A stretch of 64,000 bases of DNA from Auanema rhodensis (lineage: Eukaryota > Animalia > Nematoda). Below are positions 37,101 through 45,200 of the stretch, piece after piece (within the stretch, counting starts at the first letter, position 1; every line of letters begins with the position of its first letter). The translations under genes were made by a program, and so were the position numbers. The stretch is taken from positions 14,818,001-14,882,000 of the forward strand of contig OZ059898.1 in NCBI GenBank assembly GCA_964057225.1, in the 5' to 3' direction. Under the pieces are notes generated by a model, which saw nothing but the letters and a program-made list of their open reading frames with translations, was not told where the DNA came from and made no database searches.

Positions 37101-38251
37101 AAAAGATGGCTTCCCATGCCGGGAATCGAACCCGGGCCGCGTGGGTGAAAACCACGAATCCTAACCACTAGACCACATGGGACACGTTAACTGTTCTTAT
37201 GATACTACTTCTTCTATCATTTACCTCGAGGAAGTGAGTAAGCAACAAGGGAAGTAACAACGATGAATCGGCCCCGTATTAACTTCTCACAAAACGATTA
37301 AATGCAGAAAAGAGATTTAGAAGAGAGCTGAATTCAAAATATGGAAATTGAGAAGAGAAGATGCCAAAAGATGGCTTCCCATGCCGGGAATCGAACCCGG
37401 GCCGCGTGGGTGAAAACCACGAATCCTAACCACTAGACCACATGGGACACTTTAACTGTTCTTATGATACTACTTCTTCTATCATTTACCTCAAGGAAGT
37501 GAGTAAGCAACAAGGGAAGTAACAACGATGAATCGGCCCCGTATTAACTTCTAACAAAACGATTAAAAGCAGAAAAGAGATTTAGAAGAGAGTTGATTTC
37601 AAAATATGGAAATTCAGAAGAGAAGATGCCAAAAGATGGCTTCCCATGCCGGGAATCGAACCCGGGCCGCGTGGGTGAAAACCACGAATCCTAACCACTA
37701 GACCACATTGGACACGTTAACTGTTCTTATGATACTACTTCTTCTATCATTTATCTCGAGGAAGTTAGTAAGCAACAAGGGAAGTAACAACGATGAATCG
37801 GCCCCGTATTAACTTCTAACAAAACGATTAAAAGCAGAAAAGAGATTTAGAAGAGAGTTGATTTCAAAATATGGAAATTCAGAAGAGAAGATGCCAAAAG
37901 ATGGCTTCCCATGCCGGGAATCGAACCCGGGCCGCGTGGGTGAAAACCACGAATCCTAACCACTAGACCACATGGGACACGTTAACTGTTCTAATGATAC
38001 TACTTCTTCTATCATTTACCTGAAGGAAGTGAGTAAACAACAAGGGAAGTAACAACGATGAATCGGACCCGTATTAACTTCTAACAAAACGATTAAATGC
38101 AGAAAAGAGATTTAGAAGAGAGCTGAATTCAAAATATGGAAATTGAGAAGAGAAGATGCCAAAAGATGGCTTCCCATGCCGGGAATCGAACCCGGGCCGC
38201 GTGGGTGAAAACCACGAATCCTAACCACTAGACCACATGGGACACGTTAAC
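16141..38251 (-). repeat. tRNA-Glu(UUC) array, segment 3 (83 full genes, 16375 to 38171; two units are 298 bp)
   Basis: Same unit. 38171-16375 = 82x265 + 2x33, matching two visible 33-bp internal duplications. Confidence 0.98.
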
Positions 38252-38594
38252 TGTTTTGAAGATAGAGGGCTCTTCAAATAGCCTCCCAGGTTCACACTTT
38301 CTATTCTATGCCCTGTTAACGTAAAATACTATTAGAGGAAGAAAGATTCATTCATATGCCATTCAGATATACATAATACAGAATATAAGGACTAGAAGAT
38401 ATATAATAAGACTAGATAAAGTACATAGAAGACTAGAGTGAATGTAATAAGACTAGATATACATCACTAATGAGACTAGAGATAGTCTTACTAAAGGACA
38501 AGGATAAAACGGTGGTTCAGACTAGATGAGTCATAAGATAAAGACAGCAACGAGGAGAGAGAAAAGCGACCGTCCGCGACGGTGGTATAAAACA
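38252..38594 (-). repeat. 3' LTR of the BEL element (minimal extent; may extend to about 39120)
   Basis: TGTTTT (38252-38257) ... AAAACA (38589-38594) is a perfect 6-bp inverted terminus. The inner boundary cannot be confirmed because the partner LTR is absent. Confidence 0.6.
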
Positions 38595-38701
38595 GAGTGC
38601 CCGTGAATCTCATCAGCCAACGTGATGAGATTGCATCGATTGAATGATGAATAATCGCATTCGCGATATTCCGGGCCAGGAGAGAGAAATCAGAACTGAT
38701 T

Positions 38702-39121
38702 TCATTCTGCTAATTCCTCCGCAAACTGCAGCTTGCATAATACACCAGGATGATCGTGGTCCAGTCCGCTTCCTTTGCACACATGACATATTTTCTTCAT
38801 CTTCTCCACACACGGTTTTCCAAAGTGGTTCCGCAAACACTTCAAGCACATGTTGATCAACTTGCAACGCTTGACGCGTTGTGCGGCAGTCTTGTAGACT
38901 GTGCATTTTCCCATGGTGTGGCCCTTTTTCCAACAGAGTTGACATTTCATGTCTTCTTCCATTTTTCTGTACTTCACTTTAGAGTTGTTCTGCTTCTTTG
39001 GTGCAGACGTATTCTGACTTTTGTTAGGCATCTTTGAGTTGCCGTTATCCTGGAGTTGATCAAGGGAATCGCTCCATTCTTTGATGTTATCAAGACTGAA
39101 ATAATGATGGTTTTTATACAT
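38702..39121 (-). CDS. Accessory ORF: basic protein with three BEL-Gag-like zinc knuckles
   Basis: 139 aa with an ATG start. CQLCWKKGHTMGKC, CLKCLRNHFGKPC and CHVC...HDHPGVLC have the same arrangement as the Gag knuckles CNLCLGNHSPTKC / CFKCFSKTHSAIGC / CHRCDKTHHESLC. Confidence 0.8.
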   Translation of the reverse strand: MYKNHHYFSLDNIKEWSDSLDQLQDNGNSKMPNKSQNTSAPKKQNNSKVKYRKMEEDMKCQLCWKKGHTMGKCTVYKTAAQRVKRCKLINMCLKCLRNHFGKPCVEKMKKICHVCKGSGLDHDHPGVLCKLQFAEELAE

Positions 39122-39127
39122 AGTATA

Positions 39128-39140
39128 CCTCCCCCCGGCG
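39128..39140 (-). other. Polypurine tract of the BEL element
   Basis: Minus strand CGCCGGGGGGAGG, a typical BEL/Pao PPT form, about 120 nt after the polyprotein stop. Confidence 0.6.
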
Positions 39141-39258
39141 AAATGATAAATTGTGTAGGACTGGTGTAAATCAAGTTGAACAATCGTTTGCTATGATAGG
39201 GAACTAAGAAATCGAGAAAATAAATCGAGGACTCACTGGGTATTGAACCCGTCATCAA

Positions 39259-42200
39259 TCACTGAGAGTGCGTACCCTTAGCCACTGCGCTATGACTGGC
39301 TCGAACTACAATCTTGAACAACAAATGAATTGTGAAAAAAATGATGCGAAAAGGAATTGCGAAGATAATAAGTATTTGTATGGGTAAATATGCTAAGAGA
39401 GCGGGTGTACTTGACAACTGGAAGACGCGGTCAATTACGGCGGTTACAAAGCCGAGTACTGTGATCAAAACACTCAATAGTATTACAATCGTTTTAAGGT
39501 AGTCCGAGTAAAACGAAACAAGTGAGCTGATTAAGTGAGTGGGTACAAAAAAGCTCGGTATGGTAAACTCGACGTTCAGGAGACGGAATGAACTGTTTGT
39601 AATCTGATGAGTGGACTGTTCAAAACCTATGTATTCGTTCACGTAGTACAAGTTGCCTTTGAGATGTAATGTGGCGGAAGTACACGGATGAGTACACGTT
39701 ATAGACGGTGTTGAAAAATTGCTCTGTATGCGAATAGAGTTGTTGTAACCTTGAGAATTGCATGTAAGCAGAAGTTCTTCATCGTCGCACGAAATTCGAA
39801 TGTGGGATGATGTACTGATGCAAGTAATGATTGTTGTTGCTCCAGTAACACAGTCAAAACATCCAACTAGGTCTTTGGATTTTAGTTCGCAAATAGTAGG
39901 ACTATTGTCGTATTCATAAGTGACATCTGAGATATTTGTCCACATTTTAATGTCAACAGCGCTTATGGGATGAGCAAAAATGAGATTGTTTTTTGGGATC
40001 ATGGTCAGAGATGGAAGAGATAATGGTAGGGTGTAGTTATTAGTATAGAGCTTGTTAGGATTGTTGTCCTGACAATAGCAATTTTCGACTGTTTCGGCTG
40101 GTCTGCATGAACATGTGTCTGTTGCAGTACATTCGGAGAAGGGGTCGGCGGTTTTAACTTTTCCGCACGAGTATGAAAATGTAGCAGAGTGAGGTAAAAC
40201 TGCAATTCTCGAGTTGGAAGTAATGTATCGTCTATGGAGGATTTCATTATCAGAATATGTTATTCTCCCAAGAGTAATATGGTACCCGTTAATGATTTTT
40301 GTAGAGTGTGGTAAAAAGGGGACGTGCGAGATCGTTTCAGTTTTGTTCTCAATAGCTGTATGGATGGTAATCTGGAGAAAAACCCTAGGTGTCCATCGTG
40401 AGCAGTAGAAAACTTCGTGGGTGATATTGTCATTGGGAACATGAAAGTTGCGATAGAAGAGACAACCAGAAGTTGGCAACGCACAACCGCATGATAGAAA
40501 TCCACAGCTTTCTGAACAATAGCTGGTACCTGGATATTGGTTGGCTAATGAGAGTTCTGAGATTGATGTATTGGGTCGAACGTTCGCACAAAACGATCCT
40601 ACACAAGAGCCCATATGGGGACACCGTTTTGCGGATTCAGTTTTTACGATGGTGTGACGTGTAAAAAATAAGGATACTTTTGTGCACAGTATACGTGTAT
40701 ACATAAGTTTGATGCGCAGGTGTGAGTTCGTGAGGGGATTGGCGTATGATCGGTTTGAATGTGAAGTTGTAAAACATACCTCATTATCGTAAGTATGGAG
40801 GGTGGTGGAGCTGCTGACTTGGTTGACTTGGTGGGTAGGTGATAAGTTCGAGACGGAGTTGCCTGGAACATGTGATATACTCGGAGGAACAATAGTACAT
40901 GCATTAACTACAAGAGATTCAATCAAAAAAATGACGATTATTGCAACAAAAAGATACCCGACTCGGTGAACTAATCGGTCACGTTGTCGTGATCGTTGTG
41001 AGGGTGTAGACTTCTGCCATCGAGGTAGCTTGTGAGAACTGAGCGGGACGTACTCGAGTACCGATCGTTCTTCCTGAATAGAGATATGAGATCTTATATG
41101 AGAGGGGAGACATTGAGTGATCATACGCCAAACGGAAAAAAGGGTGTATTGTGCAATATGAAAAAATTTTTTAGAACAAATTCGGATGACTATGATGCTT
41201 AAAAGAATGCTAAATAGAATGAGCCATATGATGAGTGCGGTCGCCGAGAGTGCTGCGTATGGGAAACAAGATGGGTTGTGGAGTAGTTCAAGACAGAACA
41301 GACATTGAATCATATCGCAAAACGGAGTTGCTGGACAATCAAGTTGATGCAATGCAAATGTGTCATTTTTATCGATAATATGTCGTGAGATGAATGTGTG
41401 GTCATGCAATACAACATGAGCCGGAAATACTATGGTGAAGTTGGGAGTATTTGGGTTGTACTCTACACATGTTTCCCGGGCACAAACTCGGATGGGATGT
41501 CCAGTACCGCAGTTTGATATGCCTACTCCTCCTTTGATGCAAGAGAACTGGCAGATGTTGGTTGCGGACATTGGATTGACGAGAATACCCAGTATCATGG
41601 CTATGAAAAAATGTGTGTAACTGGGGAGACGTCGTCGTTTTCGAGGTTGTGGTTTATTTTCACCTTCATCATCTGCAATGGTGATCACGTCGATGTCATC
41701 ATCATCGTTGATAGTGATAACGTTTGGGTCTATCACGTTTTCAGTTGTATTGGGTCCGGTCGATGTGCTGGTTTCCACAACGGTGGATGATACTTCGTTA
41801 TCGAGTAAAATGACCTCTGGAGTTTCTTTAAACGTGACAGTTTTGTCTGATTTGTGTGGGGACTGCGTATGCCTGTTTTCCGTATGATGCTCGTTGTCGG
41901 AAGGAATTTCAAGGGGAATCAGGCGATTGATGGGTCTAAATAGTTTGTGTCCATCAGATGTACGGACTTCTGCAACTCTCACAGATTCCGTGTTCTGTAT
42001 GCTTGTTATTAAACCCATTTTCCACTGGTTTCGTTTCGTATTGTCATCTGACATTAGCACTACTGTGCCTACTTTTGGTGTAGCTGTGGAGAAATGTCCT
42101 TGCTTGTGATCCAACATGTGTGTTGCTCGAAGGGCGACGACATATTCATTATGCCATCGTTGCCAAAACTTGTCAAGTGTTTTCTGAATGTTGTTTAACC

Positions 42201-45200
42201 GATCTATGCAGTCTCGCCTGGATCGTAAATGAGTGGGCAGTTCACTGAGTACTATGTCGGGAATTGTAACTGATGTGTTCGTTTGTAGAAAGTCGATCGG
42301 TCGAATGGGAGATAGATCGGTTGTGGTATTAAAGGTGTATGTTAATGGTCGAGTATTTACAATTTGTTCAACCTCTGTCACAATCGTTGAAAACATGTGG
42401 GCTTTACATGATGTTGTTAGACTAGTTCTAAGAGCCGATTTCATGATACCGACCATCCTCTCGTAAAAACCACCTTTCCAAGGTGCCAACGGAGTGATGA
42501 ACTTCCAAGTTACCTTGTGATGCGTCAGATACGTGTCGACGTTTGGATCTTGTATGAGAGCAAAGATTTTCTGACAGAGGGTAAAATTAGACCCGTTATC
42601 GCTCCAGATGAGATCAGGAGAACCTCTTCGAGAGATGAATCTGCGAAGTGCTAACAAGGTTTCGGATGCGGATAGGTCTTGTACCACTTCAAGATGGATA
42701 GCGCGTGTGGCCATACAGGTGACAAGCATAATCCATCTTTTCTCTGTGATGTGACGTGTGTCATCGTGTATGTTGAAGGGACCAGCAAGATCAATGCCGC
42801 AATTTTGAAAGGGGTTACTGCGTTGTACTCTCTCAGGAGGAAGTGAGGACATGTTGGGGTATTTGAATGGTCGTCCATGAAGTTTTTTACAAACCGCGCA
42901 TTGTTTCAAAATGTTCTGTACCTTGCGGGGAAGTCTTGGTAACCAAAATCGTCGTCGTATTTCGGAACGTAAATGATTACCACCGGCGTGGAAAAGTTTG
43001 GTGTGCATGTCTCTTATCATGATAGAAGCAAATGGGTGATTATCCGGTATGAAAATAGGATGTATACAATCCTCCTCAGCTTCCATGTGTTCCAGTCTAC
43101 CTTTGCATCGAATGACACCCAATTCATCGTGATAGAGGCCAAGGTGTTTCCATCTCTTGTCTTCTATATCTACTGTACTCTGTACATCAATATAAGTAAC
43201 TCTCTCTGCCTCCTTATATTCTTCAGCTGATATTGTTGAAGGGTTTAGAGCGATCTCGTTGTCGTTGTTGATGCGATGGAGACGTCGTTGTTGTAAGAGT
43301 TGTATAAACCGAAGTACGTATGCGGTTGTTCGTATGAGACATGTTAATCGCGAGCTTTGATATCGGAAAATTGATGGATCGTCGACAAATGTAGTGATGG
43401 AGGTACTAGCGATCAGTACTTGTGAGTCGTCCTCTACATAAGTATAGGGTCTGGTCATCTCCCATTCTTTGTCGTGCGTTTGTAAGAATTTCGGTCCTGT
43501 GAACCATGTGGATTTGTCAATGTTTTCCCTTGTAAGTCCACGCGTTGCGTGATCAGCTGGGTTGTGGTCTGTATCGACGTGGTAAATAAAGAAATTATAA
43601 CTGTCTTTGACTTTATCAATGATAACGCGACACGATCTAACTCGGTTATCGACGAATATTCCTGCATCAGGATTTGGTTTGCATACCCACGCAAGTGATA
43701 TTTCCGAATCTGAGAAGATTCGTACGATCGATATGTTCAATTTACTTTCTTGTAACAGAAACTCAATGATGTGACATCCGATAAAAAATGAAAGTAGTTC
43801 AAGTCTAGGAATAGTGAGCGGTTGCTTTTTATTTTTATCTGTTTTCTGCGATTTGCTTTTGTTCTGTGGTGCTAATCGCTGTTTCGCCATGAGGAAGTGT
43901 ACTCCGGTAACATGAGATTCTTGGTCTAGTGTACGTAGATATCCTACCGCACCGTATCCGATAGTACTAGCATCTACAAAAATGCAGAGTTCGTTCACGT
44001 GGTCATTGCGAATGTTTCGAGGTACTTGGTATCGGTATCCATGAACCGAACTGCATATCTGTTTCCATTCACGTTGCAGGTCGGGAGAGATTGGTTCATC
44101 CCATGCGTAACCGAGTGTCCACAGTTTTTGTAAAAAGTGTCGTGATAATAAGATTAAAGGACTCAACCATCCTACTGGATCAAATGTTTTGTGCGCTGTA
44201 CTGAGTACCAGTCGCTTGGTTATACTGTCACCTGTATAGTCCATTTGAAGTGCAAGACTGAATGTGTCTAGGTGTGAGTCCCAATAAATTCCCAAAACTT
44301 TTTGCAGTACCTTCTCTGCTTTGTCATGTTTTGGAATGCTTTTCATAGTGTTCTTGTCATTAGTACAAAATTCTCTCAAGTTCATCTTCATATCGTTGAA
44401 CGCAGACTTACACTGTGTGTATAACATTACTCCTTGTGAGGTCTCATCAAAGGTGAGAATGAGATTGTCTACATAAAGATTATCTATGATACAACTCGTA
44501 AGTTGTGTGTCTGAATGGGATTTCAGCCCAAATTGGATTGCGCCAGCGAGGAGGAATGGAGAAGCATTGACTCCGAATGGTACTCTGTTAAATCGGAACA
44601 CCCGTATATTATCCTGTTCAGGTGGTAACGTAAGATCGTGAAGCCAAAGGAATCGAGTGGCGTCTTTTTCGGTGTTATTAAGATGTACCATGTGAAAGGC
44701 CTTCTCAACGTCACTGATGATCATGTATTTTCCAAACCTGCTTCGTAACAATAGACCTGTTAGATTTGGTAAGATTGTGGGACCCTGATGTATAACATCA
44801 TTCAATGATAGTTCTCCTCGTCGATGAGAGGATGCATCAAGTACTATACGTACTTTGGTAGTGTTACTCGACAACTTAACTACCGCTTGATGCGGTATAT
44901 AATACGTTGGGGAGCTATCAGGGTGAATAGGTGCGTCTTCAATGATATTACTCTTCAATTGTTGTTGAAAAATTTCATTGTATTTTGCCCACATTTCGGG
45001 ATTGCTCTTTGCGTGATTGAATTGCTGTCGCAGTCTAGCTAATGCGATACTGTAGTTATCGGCCAGTGCGTGTTTGTTTTCCTTCCACGGAAAGGATACG
45101 TGTACGCCTTCCCATGTCTTTCTTACTTGTTCATTGAACTGGCTCAGTACCCCTTGTTGTTCTGCTTCGATTGATATGTTGTCTCGAATCCCAATAGATT

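Noticed and set aside
38974-39258. 94-aa ORF in frame after the polyprotein stop (possible read-through)
   Set aside because: No recognisable motifs, and it overlaps the PPT and the better-supported zinc-knuckle ORF in another frame. It cannot be supported from sequence alone.
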